From a virus, in the IMG/VR virus record IMGVR_UViG_3300032087_005129: DNA of 64,000 nucleotides. The stretch is one strand, 5' to 3'. This document shows positions 9,236-19,510 of the stretch, piece by piece. Both the position numbers and the translations under genes were made by a program. Position 1 is the stretch's first letter. Every line of letters begins with the position of its first letter. The notes beneath the pieces were generated by a model. The model made no database searches. It saw only the letters and a list, made by a program, of their open reading frames with translations, and was not told the DNA's origin.

Positions 9236-10939
9236 ATGAACCCATTAGAAGTTGCCCAGCAGATTCTTGACGAAGAAATTGCTGAAGATGCAAAGGCTCT
9301 ATTCAAGAAGAATAGAGATGAAAAAGGTGTCAAAGGCACCGCAGAGGACGCACATAAAGATGAAGACGACCTCGAACAACTTGACGAGGTTGAGCATGAT
9401 GACGATGATGAGGCTGCGGCTTCTCTTCAGTCAAAGAATGTCTCTGATAAGCAATCTATGAGAACTGAAGGTGTTCACGAAATGGATCACGAAGAGGGTT
9501 ATCACGAAGGCCGTATGAAAGGTCTTATGGCTGGTTATCACGAAGCAATGAAAGAAATGGAACACGAAGAAGGTATGTATGAAGGTGAGCATGATGATGA
9601 CCTAGAAGAAACCGGTCACAGAGAAGGGCCACAAGGGCTTCCACCCTTCGGTGCAGTGGCACCAAATATGCCTGTCCTTCCTCCAGATTTCCCTCCTGGT
9701 GGTGGTCCAAGAACAAGAAGAAGACTTTCTGCTGGGTACCATGAAGACATGCATGATGACCTAGAAGAAGGTGACTACAGAGCAGTGGCACCAAATATGC
9801 CTGTCCTTCCTCCAGATTTCCCTCCTGGTGGTGGTCCAAGGTCAAAAAGAAGAAGAAGACTCTCTGCTGGGTACCATGAAGGTATGCACGAGATGGACCA
9901 TGAAGAGGGCTATCACGAGGGATACCATGAAGGTGTTCATAAAGCAATGAAAGAAATGGGACACGAAGACGAAGAAGAACTGATGGCAGGAATGCACGAA
10001 GGTTTCGAGGAAGCAGGCATCAACTATGGTGAAGAAGAAGAGAAGTCATTCGCTTCTATCAAAGCCGCTATTGAAGGTGGTAAAGGCAGAGCATCACGAG
10101 GTGCTGCTTCTGGCTCAACCGCTAGTCAAGACATTGATACTGACAATCTTCCAGAGAACGTTGAGTTTGAACTTGAAGAAGAACAAATCGGCGCCATGTT
10201 TGAAGGCACTGATCTTGAAGAAGACTTTAAGTTTAGAGCAAAAGTGATCTTTGAAGAAGCGGTCAATGATCGTGTTCGTGAAATTCAATCAGAACTTCAA
10301 GAAAGATACTCTGATTGGGCATCTGATAAAGTTTCATCGATTCGTGACAACCTAGTTGAAAGAGTTGATTCTTATCTCAACTATGTGATCACCGAGTGGG
10401 TGAAAGAAAACGAACTTGCCCTCGAAAACGGCATTCGTAACGAAATCAACGAAAGTTTCATCAATGGTCTTAAGACTCTGTTTGAAACCCACAACATCTC
10501 TTATCCTGATTCACAGGTGAGCGTTGTTGATGGACTCTACGAGCAAATGCAGCAAGAACAACTCAAGAGAGAAGAACTTGCCAAGTATTACGACAACAAG
10601 ATCAATGAAGAACTGCAAAAGAACATTGAACTCAACGAAGAAATTGAAGAACTTCGTAGAGATCAAATTATTCGTGAAGCAACTGAAGATCTACCCCTTT
10701 CGCAAGTCGACCGTTTAGAGTCTCTTGCTGAAGATGTGGACTTTGTTGACGAAAACTCGTTTGCAAAGAGCATGAAGACCCTTCGTGAGTCTTATGTTCC
10801 AAGTAAGCGTAATCTTGTGATTCAAGACGATATCGATATGCTTGCCGAAGGCAACACATCTGAAAATAAAGAAACAGAAAATCTTAGTGAAAGTATGCAA
10901 TCATACTCACAAGCACTTTCAAGATACGGAAAGAATTAA
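9236..10939 (+). CDS. gp22: Prohead scaffolding/core protein with expanded repetitive N-terminal half
   Basis: C-half FKFRAKVIFEEAV, VDSYLNYVITEWVKENELALENG; lies between gp21 and gp23. Confidence 0.9.
   Translation: MNPLEVAQQILDEEIAEDAKALFKKNRDEKGVKGTAEDAHKDEDDLEQLDEVEHDDDDEAAASLQSKNVSDKQSMRTEGVHEMDHEEGYHEGRMKGLMAGYHEAMKEMEHEEGMYEGEHDDDLEETGHREGPQGLPPFGAVAPNMPVLPPDFPPGGGPRTRRRLSAGYHEDMHDDLEEGDYRAVAPNMPVLPPDFPPGGGPRSKRRRRLSAGYHEGMHEMDHEEGYHEGYHEGVHKAMKEMGHEDEEELMAGMHEGFEEAGINYGEEEEKSFASIKAAIEGGKGRASRGAASGSTASQDIDTDNLPENVEFELEEEQIGAMFEGTDLEEDFKFRAKVIFEEAVNDRVREIQSELQERYSDWASDKVSSIRDNLVERVDSYLNYVITEWVKENELALENGIRNEINESFINGLKTLFETHNISYPDSQVSVVDGLYEQMQQEQLKREELAKYYDNKINEELQKNIELNEEIEELRRDQIIREATEDLPLSQVDRLESLAEDVDFVDENSFAKSMKTLRESYVPSKRNLVIQDDIDMLAEGNTSENKETENLSESMQSYSQALSRYGKN
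9653..9840 (+). repeat. 59-bp perfect direct repeat (9653-9711 and 9782-9840) within gp22
   Basis: gcagtggcaccaaatatgcc...ggtggtggtccaag twice, 129-nt period, encoding AVAPNMPVLPPDFPPGGGPR. Confidence 0.95.
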
Positions 10940-10967
10940 TTCGAATTAAATTCAGGAGTAAATTAAA

Positions 10968-12311
10968 ATGGAAACATTAAACGAAAGACTACAATCGAAG
11001 TGGTCGCCAATTCTTGAGCATAACGATCTTTCTCCCATTAAAGACAATTGGAGAAAGACCTGTACAACTCAACTTCTTGAGAACCAAGAGCGGTTCCTCA
11101 AAGAAGCCGCACCAGTGAACTCTGGTTTCGGCACATCGGGTAAACTCGACAAGTGGGATCCTATTCTGATCTCGCTCGTTCGTCGTGCTATGCCTAACCT
11201 AATTGCTTATGACATCGCTGGCGTTCAGCCAATGAGCGGTCCTACCGGCCTCATCTTTGCTATGAGAAGCCGTTATCAAAGCCAAGACGGCGCTGAGGCT
11301 CTCTACTACGAAGCAGACTCACGCTTCTCTGGCGGTACAGGTGCTACTCACACCACTGACTCTGCTGGTGTTGATCCTTTCGCTACTGGTGTTTCTAGCA
11401 CCCTCGGTGGCATCGGTCAAACATCTGGTCAAGGTGGTCAACTTGGTGGCGGTGCTTCTGGCTCTGCTATGTCTACAGCCCTCGGTGAAGCACTCGGTGA
11501 TGCCACTACAAACCCATTCGCTGAAATGGCGTTCACAATTGAGCAGACATCCGTGACTGCTAAGACTCGCGCCCTCAAGGCTGAGTACACCACCGAACTC
11601 GCTCAAGACCTGAAGGCTATTCACGGTCTTGATGCCGAGACTGAACTCGCTAACATCCTCAGCAACGAAATTCTTGCTGAAATCAACCGCGAAGTCATTC
11701 GCAAGATTTACGATGCTGCGAAACTCGGCTGCCGTTCAAGCACCACAACCTCTGAAGGTATCTTTGACCTGAACACAGACTCCAACGGTCGTTGGTCTGT
11801 CGAAAGATTCAAGGGTCTTCTCTTCCAAATCGAAAGAGAAGCAAACTTCATTGCTAAGGATACACGACGCGGTAAGGGCAACTTTGTTCTTTGCTCGTCC
11901 GATGTTGCTTCTGCTCTCGCTATGGCCGGTGTTCTTGATTACACACCTGCTCTCGAAAGCAACCTTGAAGTTGATGACACTGGCAACACATTCGCTGGTA
12001 CAATCAACGGACGACTCAAGGTCTACATCGATCCTTACTTCAGCACCACATCGACCAAAGACTTCGCTCTTGTCGGTTACCGTGGTACAAGCCCATACGA
12101 TGCTGGTCTGTTCTACTGCCCGTATGTGCCGCTGCAAATGGTTCGTGCTGTTGGTGAGGACACCTTCCAGCCTAAGATCGGCTTCAAGACTCGTTACGGT
12201 CTTGTCAGCAACCCGTTTGTCACCAAGGCAGATGGTACAGCCGATGCTGAAGCAATCTCATCTCGTCGTAACCAATACTACAGAATCTTCAGAGTCGATA
12301 ACCTCGTCTGA
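10968..12311 (+). CDS. gp23: Major capsid protein
   Basis: LVRRAMPNLIAYDIAGVQPMSGPTGLIFAMR, KTRALKAEYT, FQPKIGFKTRYG. Confidence 0.98.
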   Translation: METLNERLQSKWSPILEHNDLSPIKDNWRKTCTTQLLENQERFLKEAAPVNSGFGTSGKLDKWDPILISLVRRAMPNLIAYDIAGVQPMSGPTGLIFAMRSRYQSQDGAEALYYEADSRFSGGTGATHTTDSAGVDPFATGVSSTLGGIGQTSGQGGQLGGGASGSAMSTALGEALGDATTNPFAEMAFTIEQTSVTAKTRALKAEYTTELAQDLKAIHGLDAETELANILSNEILAEINREVIRKIYDAAKLGCRSSTTTSEGIFDLNTDSNGRWSVERFKGLLFQIEREANFIAKDTRRGKGNFVLCSSDVASALAMAGVLDYTPALESNLEVDDTGNTFAGTINGRLKVYIDPYFSTTSTKDFALVGYRGTSPYDAGLFYCPYVPLQMVRAVGEDTFQPKIGFKTRYGLVSNPFVTKADGTADAEAISSRRNQYYRIFRVDNLV

Positions 12312-12332
12312 TTCTGCAAACACTTCGGAAGA

Positions 12333-12365
12333 GTGGGGCGAAAGCCCCACCCTTCTCTTTTTTTT
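12333..12365 (+). terminator. Rho-independent terminator after gp23
   Basis: GTGGGGC-GAAA-GCCCCAC stem followed by a T tract. Confidence 0.85.
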
Positions 12366-12376
12366 GGATATAAATT

Positions 12377-12892
12377 ATGACTACAAACGTAAGCCCGATT
12401 TCAACACAACCTGATGCAACAAACCCGTTGCAACCTACGAGTTTTCGATTCTTTTTACAGAAAACACCCGAAGTCACTTACTTTTGTCAGAGTGCGAATA
12501 TTCCTGGAATCTCTGTACCACCGGTGATTCAATCAAATGTCTTTTCAGACATTAAGCAACCAGGAGATCGCGTTGAGTTTGAAGATTTGACTGTTGAATT
12601 TATTGTAAATGAAGACTTAGGTAACTGGCTCGAAATAAAGAACTGGATGACATCGACAGCACCGTATGATTCGATTAACGAAACTTCGGCAAGAAAAGTC
12701 ACAGAAGATATAGAAGATGCAACGCTAGTGATTTTGAACAGTAATTTGAATGAAAGATTTCGAGTGAACTTTAGAGGAGTGTTTCCAACAACCCTATCTG
12801 CAATTGAAATGAGCAGCACGGTAACAGATATGGAGCCACTCACAGCGACAGTTACTTTTTCTTACACTGATTATGAGATCGAAGCACTTTAA
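12377..12892 (+). CDS. gp3: Tail completion/tube terminator protein
   Basis: NPLQPTSFRF...YFCQSANIPGIS, FIVNEDLGNW; position after gp23; TATAAATT at 12369. Confidence 0.8.
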   Translation: MTTNVSPISTQPDATNPLQPTSFRFFLQKTPEVTYFCQSANIPGISVPPVIQSNVFSDIKQPGDRVEFEDLTVEFIVNEDLGNWLEIKNWMTSTAPYDSINETSARKVTEDIEDATLVILNSNLNERFRVNFRGVFPTTLSAIEMSSTVTDMEPLTATVTFSYTDYEIEAL

Positions 12893-12904
12893 GAAGGGAA
12901 ACAA

Positions 12905-13072
12905 ATGAACTATCAACCGAGCAAATTTTTAGAGGGTGTCGATCTTGACGGTCGCACAAAAGCGGTGCGAGAAACAATCAAAAGAATCACAGCAAATAGA
13001 GATAAAAAAGCAAAGAAGAGACAACTTCTTGCCAAGAAAATGAGAAACATCAGCACAAACGAAAAGTATTGA
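12905..13072 (+). CDS. Small basic protein (55 aa), not in the ORF track
   Basis: RBS AAGGGA then MNYQPSKFLE-GVDLDGRTKAVRETIKRITANRDKKAKK... Confidence 0.6.
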   Translation: MNYQPSKFLEGVDLDGRTKAVRETIKRITANRDKKAKKRQLLAKKMRNISTNEKY

Positions 13073-13084
13073 TCGGAGACAAAC

Positions 13085-13489
13085 GTGAATCGTAGACTAA
13101 AAAAACTAATTGAAGAAAAGGCCTGGGAGACCTTAACCGATTATGGTTATAACGATTCCCAACTACTAGAACAACTTACCGATTCTGTTCTACAAAGACT
13201 TAATGAGCAAGTGGTAAACGCACCCAATATGGGAAATCCAATGACCTCTGGGATTCGAACTAAATCGGATGCCCCTGTTATGCCCCAAGATGAGCCGAAG
13301 AAGAAGATGCCTCTCTCGTCCATTATGAGAGATCCTCCACCGGCAGGTGCAGGTCCTGGATATTGGATATGGGACAACAGAGGTTACTATTATAAAGATT
13401 TTAATGGTGGATACTGGTACGACACCAATAATGATGGCAGACCCGATGGTCCACACGCGAATCCTCCACCCGTGCAAATTCCAGGATAA
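13085..13489 (+). CDS. Hypothetical Pro/aromatic-rich protein with L-x-E leader
   Basis: GGAG RBS and GTG start; LIEE/LLEQ/LNEQ sites, then a Pro-rich linker and GYWIWD..YYY..GYWYD. Confidence 0.6.
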   Translation: MNRRLKKLIEEKAWETLTDYGYNDSQLLEQLTDSVLQRLNEQVVNAPNMGNPMTSGIRTKSDAPVMPQDEPKKKMPLSSIMRDPPPAGAGPGYWIWDNRGYYYKDFNGGYWYDTNNDGRPDGPHANPPPVQIPG

Positions 13490-13510
13490 TTGATTTGAAT
13501 AAGATTCATC

Positions 13511-13537
13511 AAACCCCTCCTTGTGAGGGGTTTTTTG
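13511..13537 (+). terminator. Terminator ending the late structural block
   Basis: AAACCCCTC-CTTGT-GAGGGGTTT plus T tract. Confidence 0.85.
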
Positions 13538-13538
13538 T

Positions 13539-13567
13539 TTGACAAGTAGTTTTTTCGGTGCTATACT
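13539..13567 (+). promoter_or_regulatory. Sigma70-type promoter for uvsY
   Basis: TTGACA-17-TATACT with extended TG; ATG 7 nt downstream (leaderless-type). Confidence 0.75.
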
Positions 13568-13573
13568 TTGCAC

Positions 13574-14020
13574 ATGCAGAAACTTACACTCAAAGAAATT
13601 CAAGACATGGTTGATACTGATCTTGCCATTGATCGCACAGAACTCGAAGCAGAGTCAGCAAGAACACCACAGATTCACAACAAGTATCTTCGTTTATTCA
13701 CAGACACAAGAAACTATCTTCACTCGTTGCGTCTTGAAAAGAGTCGCATGAAAAAGTTTAAGTGGCTGTACTACAATGGCAAACTCTCACAAGAAGAACT
13801 TGAAAGCAAAGGTCTTGAACCATTTCAACACAAGGTTCTCAAGACAGATCTTGCCACATTCTTTGATGCTGATGATGACCTACAGAAACTTGATGCAAAG
13901 ATTCTGATGAATCAAGAAGTCGAAAAGTATCTTGAGATTGTGTTGTCGCAGATCTCAAACCGTCAATGGACGATCCGAAACATGATCGAATGGTTGAAAT
14001 TTACCAATGGTGTCAACTAG
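13574..14020 (+). CDS. uvsY: Recombination mediator UvsY
   Basis: DLAIDRTELEAESARTPQIHNKYL, KWLYYNGK, RQWTIRNMIEW; upstream of uvsW. Confidence 0.88.
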   Translation: MQKLTLKEIQDMVDTDLAIDRTELEAESARTPQIHNKYLRLFTDTRNYLHSLRLEKSRMKKFKWLYYNGKLSQEELESKGLEPFQHKVLKTDLATFFDADDDLQKLDAKILMNQEVEKYLEIVLSQISNRQWTIRNMIEWLKFTNGVN

Positions 14021-14053
14021 AATAATTTCACGGCTCATAAATAATAATGACAT

Positions 14054-15535
14054 ATGAGCGAAATTGAAATTCATTCTATTGATTCTGTTTATGTAAAAGC
14101 AAGTTGTGAGCCAAGCATCGCACACGAACTGAGCGACTACTTCACATTCAAAGTACCTGGCGCAGAGTTTACACCATCATATCGAAACAAGATGTGGGAT
14201 GGTCGTATTCGTTTGTACAATCAACATTCGCAAAGAATCTATGCTGGTTTAGTGCCATACATTCATCTGTTTGCTGAAGAGCGAGATTACAAAGTTGTCA
14301 ATCATGCTGCAACAAAACTCAACGTAGAAGAAACAGAACTTCGTGACTACATCGAAGAACTCAAACTGTCTGTATCGGGCAAGGAAATCGAGCCTCACGA
14401 GCACCAGTTTGATGCGATACAACACGCATTATCGAATCGAAGAACTCTCTTGTTGTCTCCTACCGCTTCAGGAAAGTCTCTAATAATCTATGCACTCATG
14501 CGTCGTTGGCTCGACGAGAACCCTGATGAGAAACTGCTGATTATCGTGCCAACAATCTCTCTTGTCTCTCAGTTGTATTCTGACTTTGAAGACTACTCAG
14601 GTCTATCGAATTGGAATGTGCCAGACAATGTGCATCAAATCTTTGGCGGTCAAGACAAGAACACACACAAATCAGTTGTCATCTCAACATGGCAAAGTAT
14701 CTACAAGCAACCAAAGAAATACTTTGAACAGTTTTCTGCTGTGATCGGTGATGAGTGCCATCAATTCAAATCTCAGTCACTTACAAACATTATGACGAAA
14801 CTGACAGATTGTGACTTTCGTGTAGGTCTAACAGGCACTTTAGATGGTACCAAGACTCATAAGTTGGTAATCGAAGGTTTGTTTGGCAGCACACACCGAG
14901 TCGTATCGACCAAGCAACTCATGGACAAAGATCTTTTGTCAAAACTCAAGATTGATTGCATTCAACTCAAGTATGACGATCAGACATGCAAAGAGTGTAA
15001 GAAACTCAAATACTCAGAAGAGGTTGACTATCTCGTTTCAAATCCAAAGAGAAATGATTTCATTGCACGACTGGCGAAACATGCAAAAGGCAACTCACTT
15101 GTTCTTTTTAACTTTGTCGAGAAGCATGGTAAGCCATTGTTTGAACTCATTAAGAAGAACTGTCCAGATCATAACGTCGTATATGTCTCTGGTGAAACAC
15201 CTGTAGAAGAGCGTGAAGCCATTCGTAAGCAGGCAGAGGATCAAAACAATATCATCATCGTGGCATCATACGGTACATTCAGCACAGGAATAAATATAAG
15301 AAGGTTACACAATGTAATCTTTGCTTCACCATCTAAGAGTCGCATTCGAATATTGCAAAGTATTGGGCGACAACTTCGCAAGTCTGAACACAAGGAGGTA
15401 GCGAAACTCTACGACATTGCAGATAACCTTTCATGGAAGAGCCACAAGAACTATACACTTCGGCACTTTCTCGAAAGAATTCGTATTTACAATGAGGAGA
15501 AATTTTCATACAAGATGGTGACAATCAAAACATAG
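14054..15535 (+). CDS. uvsW: DNA helicase UvsW
   Basis: WDGRIRL, SPTASGKS, DECH, QSIGRQLR SF2 motifs. Confidence 0.95.
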   Translation: MSEIEIHSIDSVYVKASCEPSIAHELSDYFTFKVPGAEFTPSYRNKMWDGRIRLYNQHSQRIYAGLVPYIHLFAEERDYKVVNHAATKLNVEETELRDYIEELKLSVSGKEIEPHEHQFDAIQHALSNRRTLLLSPTASGKSLIIYALMRRWLDENPDEKLLIIVPTISLVSQLYSDFEDYSGLSNWNVPDNVHQIFGGQDKNTHKSVVISTWQSIYKQPKKYFEQFSAVIGDECHQFKSQSLTNIMTKLTDCDFRVGLTGTLDGTKTHKLVIEGLFGSTHRVVSTKQLMDKDLLSKLKIDCIQLKYDDQTCKECKKLKYSEEVDYLVSNPKRNDFIARLAKHAKGNSLVLFNFVEKHGKPLFELIKKNCPDHNVVYVSGETPVEEREAIRKQAEDQNNIIIVASYGTFSTGINIRRLHNVIFASPSKSRIRILQSIGRQLRKSEHKEVAKLYDIADNLSWKSHKNYTLRHFLERIRIYNEEKFSYKMVTIKT

Positions 15536-15545
15536 GAGATCAAAC

Positions 15546-16085
15546 ATGGATGAATACAAGATATTTCGACTTCGATCAGGCGAAAACATTATCGCAAAGG
15601 TATCAAAGTCATTTAAATCTCACTATATGGTGAATCGTCCAATGATCATTATGATTAGCATGATTGAGGTCGATGACAACGAAACAGAATCGACAACTGC
15701 CATGGCAGTTACTCTCAAAGACTGGATTGAATTTTCAAAAACACCAGATGTTCGTCTACCAAAAAATCATATTGTTACAGAGGTAGAGCCAACTAAAAGC
15801 ATTCTAACAGACTACAAGAATGCAAAAGTTTCTATCGACAGAATGATGAACAAAAAGACTTCAAAAGAAGTGCTTTTAGAAGAATCAGAGGAAGTTACAG
15901 CCATTCTGTCAAAACTTACAGAAGACGAGGTAGATAAGATCTTTGAATATTTTGATGCTCTTGAACAAACACAAGACGCTGACTTCAATCCAAAACATGA
16001 ATCAATTGATGATCAGTCTGCGATTGATCCTTTTGATGTAAATGATTGGAGAAACTGGAGCAATGACCCGAATGAATACTTATAA
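15546..16085 (+). CDS. T4-like hypothetical protein downstream of uvsW
   Basis: KIFRLRSGENIIAKV start, GGAG RBS; position between uvsW and gp55. Confidence 0.6.
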   Translation: MDEYKIFRLRSGENIIAKVSKSFKSHYMVNRPMIIMISMIEVDDNETESTTAMAVTLKDWIEFSKTPDVRLPKNHIVTEVEPTKSILTDYKNAKVSIDRMMNKKTSKEVLLEESEEVTAILSKLTEDEVDKIFEYFDALEQTQDADFNPKHESIDDQSAIDPFDVNDWRNWSNDPNEYL

Positions 16086-16200
16086 ATTCTTTCTTGGTCC
16101 TAGGCCCTAGAGTGTTTCTTATCAAGGGAGGCACCTGATATTTAGAACTAGTTTTTGTTGCCATCGTAAAAAAAATATAAAAAACCGAGGATAACTCCTC

Positions 16201-16228
16201 TTGACATAAAAAATTTAGCGTGTATACT
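16201..16228 (+). promoter_or_regulatory. Sigma70-type promoter for gp55
   Basis: TTGACA-16-TATACT. Confidence 0.75.
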
Positions 16229-16248
16229 TCAATTCGTTAGGAGAAGCG

Positions 16249-16764
16249 ATGGCCAAAAAAATCAAAGAACATTATGTAGATAATGAAAAACTCTTAGAAG
16301 AGATAATGAAATACAAAGAACAGGTAAAAGAGGCCGAAGAAAATGGTGAAACAAAACCAGGTGTTGGACATTATTTGGGAGAATCATTTCTTAAAATTGC
16401 TTCGCACTTATCAACGAAGCCAAATTTTGCGAATTATACTTTCCGTGACGATATGATTTCAGATGCAGTTGAGAACTGCTTGTCATACGCAACCAATTTT
16501 GATCCTAGCAAAACAAAAAATAAACCTAATCCATTTGCTTACTTCACACAAATATGCTATTATGCTTTTCTGCGAAGAATTGCAAAGGAGAAAAAGCAAA
16601 TGTATATTAAGTACAGAGCGATCCAGGCTGCTGATGCAAGAGGTAGTTTTGAGGAGTGGGCAAAGAATCAAAATTTAGTTGGTGCAGAAAGCACAAACGC
16701 ATACGCTGATTACTTGAAACTCACATCTACAGATCTATCTAAGTTTGAGGACAACAAGCCTTGA
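16249..16764 (+). CDS. gp55: Late-transcription sigma factor
   Basis: HYVDNEKL, KPNFANYTFRDDMISDAVENC, NPFAYFTQICYYAFLRRI. Confidence 0.95.
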   Translation: MAKKIKEHYVDNEKLLEEIMKYKEQVKEAEENGETKPGVGHYLGESFLKIASHLSTKPNFANYTFRDDMISDAVENCLSYATNFDPSKTKNKPNPFAYFTQICYYAFLRRIAKEKKQMYIKYRAIQAADARGSFEEWAKNQNLVGAESTNAYADYLKLTSTDLSKFEDNKP

Positions 16765-17795
16765 AGATAGCGATTATTACTGATACGCATTTTGGTGCGA
16801 GAGGTGATTCTCCTATATTTCTGAATCACTACTTAAACTTTTTCGACAATGTTTTCTTTCCTTGCATTCGTGAAAGAGGCATTAGTAAAGTTATTCATAT
16901 GGGTGACTTTATGGATCGTAGAAAGTTTATTAATTTTCAGACGCTACAAAATGTCAAAGAAAGATTTTTGAAACCACTTGAAGAACTTGGTGTAGAAACA
17001 CATGTCATTATTGGCAACCATGATATTTACTACAAGAATACAAGTAAAGTAAATGCTGTGAGCGAACTCTTTGAAGGTCGTGAAAATTTTCACATTTACA
17101 CAGATCCTAGTCAGATTGAAATCGACGGTACTTCGATTGACTTGATACCTTGGATCAATCGTGAGAATCGTGATCGTGTTCGTGATTTCATCAACACTTC
17201 AAAGTCGAATATTTGTTTCGGTCACCTAGAACTGTATGGTTACTACATGCATCCAGGTATGAAGTGTGAGGCTGGTCTTGATCCAAAAGAGTTTGAGCGA
17301 TACTCAAAAGTTTTTACAGGACACTTTCACACACAGAGTAAGAGTAAGAATATTCACTATCTTGGCACAGCGTATCAAATTACGTTCGGTGATTGGGGCG
17401 AAGAAAAAGGTTTCTGGATCTTTGACACCGACACACACGAACTAGAGTTTATACCAAACCCACATGAAATTTTTCATAAGATTGTTTATAACAATGGGCC
17501 GACAAGAGATGTAGACTTTACTGCTCTTGAAAAATGTTTTGTGAAAGTTATTGTCACAGCAAAAGAAAAGCCAACAGACTTTGAAAACTTTCTTGATAGA
17601 CTTTACGCATCTGGTGTTGAAGATGTAACCATCGTAGAAAAAGAAGATGAGTATGAACCTACAGAAGAAGATGTAGATATCTCAATTGACACAATCACAT
17701 TGATTGAAAACGAGATAGATAATCAAGAAGTTTCTAACAAAGATGATGTTAAAAAACTAGCAAGGGAAATTTATCTAGAAAGTATTGATGAATGA
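16761..17795 (+). CDS. gp47: Recombination nuclease subunit (Mre11/SbcD-like)
   Basis: ITDTHFGAR, GDFMDRRK, GNHD, GHFH. Confidence 0.95.
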   Translation: MKIAIITDTHFGARGDSPIFLNHYLNFFDNVFFPCIRERGISKVIHMGDFMDRRKFINFQTLQNVKERFLKPLEELGVETHVIIGNHDIYYKNTSKVNAVSELFEGRENFHIYTDPSQIEIDGTSIDLIPWINRENRDRVRDFINTSKSNICFGHLELYGYYMHPGMKCEAGLDPKEFERYSKVFTGHFHTQSKSKNIHYLGTAYQITFGDWGEEKGFWIFDTDTHELEFIPNPHEIFHKIVYNNGPTRDVDFTALEKCFVKVIVTAKEKPTDFENFLDRLYASGVEDVTIVEKEDEYEPTEEDVDISIDTITLIENEIDNQEVSNKDDVKKLAREIYLESIDE

Positions 17796-19510
17796 TTATA
17801 TTTGAAAGCGTGACTTGGAAGAATTTTCTTTCAACAGGTAATTATCCAACTACCGTACAACTAAAAAAAGGTCGAACAACTTTGATTGTTGGTGACAACG
17901 GTGCAGGCAAAAGCACGATACTTGATGCCTTGACGTTTGCGTTGTTTGGTAAACCATTTCGTAGAATCACAAAGCCTCGTTTGATCAACAGCGTTAATGA
18001 AAAAGATTCTGTTGTAGAGGTTGTTTTCAAGAAAGGTAAGAATCGTTATCGTGTTGTTCGTGGTCAAAAGCCAGCCATTTTTGAAATCTATAAGAATGAT
18101 GTTCTTGTAAATCAAGAGTCAAAGTCAAAAGACGATCAATCTTATCTTGAGAAAAACATTCTTGGTATGAATCTCAAATCATTCACTCAGGTTGTGATTC
18201 TTGGTAGTTCCTCTTTTGTTCCTTTTATGCAGTTGTCTGCGGCTGATCGTAGAGATGTCGTTGAAGACCTTCTTGACATTAAAGTTTTTAGTCAGATGAA
18301 CGAGAAAATGAAGTCAAGAAACTCTCGCTTGCGTCGTGATCTTGAAGACAACACCGTAGATCAAAAGTTAGCAAAAGAAAAGATTCGCATTCAAAAAGAT
18401 TATGTTGATGGTCTTGAAAAGAAAAGTTTATCAAACATCGAATCACATCGCGGTGAAATTGAAATAACAAGATCTGCCGTTGAAAAGAATAACGTTGAGA
18501 TTGCTAATCTAAAAGTTTTAGAGCAAAAAACAAGAAAAGAGGCAGATAGAATTTTGAAAACTGCCCCTGATGAAACACGAATCAACAACCTTCACTCAAG
18601 ACTTTCACAAAAGTTGTTGACTGAAAAATCAACACACAAGTTTTTCTGTGAAGAAGATAGTTGCCCCACATGTGGTCAGAACATCGACCATGATTTTAAG
18701 TCTGAAAAAATTAGTAAAACAGAAAGTAAGATTACAGAGTTACAAGAAGCAGTAGATAAACTCGACGAAGAAAAGATTGTAATTCGTGATGCAAAACGTT
18801 CTGCACAAAAAACAGTTGAGGCCGCTGATGAATATGAGAAACTTTTGATTGAAAAAGAAAAGTTGGTAGAATCAAATGCCCGTTACATTGAAAAGATGGA
18901 AGAGTTGATTCAGCAGATTGAAAATCAATCAAGCGAAATTTCAGATGAAAAAGAAAAACTTGACACGTTGCGTGGCGAGTTAGAAAAGATCAATACAGAC
19001 CGAGAAGAAATTCTTGAGCGTGCAAATATTCTATCCACACTTAATGATCTACTTAAAGACTCTGGTATAAAAACTAAAATTATTCGACATTATTTGCCAA
19101 CCATGAACAGGTTGATCAATAAATACCTGTCCGATATGGATTTCTTCGTGAACTTCACGATTGATGAAAATTTCAATGAAGTAATCAAGAGTCGCCATCG
19201 TGACGAGTTTAACTATGATAATTTTTCAGAGGGAGAAAAGTTTCGTATTGATGTTGCCTTGCTTTTGACATGGCGAGAAATCGCAAAGCAAAAGAACAGT
19301 GCAAGCACGAACCTTTTGATTCTTGATGAAGTCTTTGATGGTAGCCTCGATAATTCTGGCGCAGATGACTTTATGAAACTTCTTCAGTCGCTTGGTGGTA
19401 AGTCAAACGTGTTTGTGATTTCGCATCGCACCGACACCATCGTTGACAAATTCTCGAATGTCTTGAAGTTTGAGAAGAAGAATAACTTTAGTCAGATAGC
19501 AAAGGATTAA
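17792..19510 (+). CDS. gp46: Recombination ATPase subunit (Rad50/SbcC-like)
   Basis: GDNGAGKS Walker A, CPTC zinc hook, FSEGEK signature, LILDE. Confidence 0.95.
   Translation: MIIFESVTWKNFLSTGNYPTTVQLKKGRTTLIVGDNGAGKSTILDALTFALFGKPFRRITKPRLINSVNEKDSVVEVVFKKGKNRYRVVRGQKPAIFEIYKNDVLVNQESKSKDDQSYLEKNILGMNLKSFTQVVILGSSSFVPFMQLSAADRRDVVEDLLDIKVFSQMNEKMKSRNSRLRRDLEDNTVDQKLAKEKIRIQKDYVDGLEKKSLSNIESHRGEIEITRSAVEKNNVEIANLKVLEQKTRKEADRILKTAPDETRINNLHSRLSQKLLTEKSTHKFFCEEDSCPTCGQNIDHDFKSEKISKTESKITELQEAVDKLDEEKIVIRDAKRSAQKTVEAADEYEKLLIEKEKLVESNARYIEKMEELIQQIENQSSEISDEKEKLDTLRGELEKINTDREEILERANILSTLNDLLKDSGIKTKIIRHYLPTMNRLINKYLSDMDFFVNFTIDENFNEVIKSRHRDEFNYDNFSEGEKFRIDVALLLTWREIAKQKNSASTNLLILDEVFDGSLDNSGADDFMKLLQSLGGKSNVFVISHRTDTIVDKFSNVLKFEKKNNFSQIAKD

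Noticed and set aside
9470-9990. Repeats in gp22 as a CRISPR-like or non-coding array
   Set aside because: They are in frame, irregular and coding, with no unique spacers of constant length
11851-12414. 187-aa alternative-frame ORF over gp23, and similar shadow ORFs (e.g. 47166-47846, 57099-57701)
   Set aside because: They overlap well-supported genes, show no recognisable motifs, and are explained by codon bias
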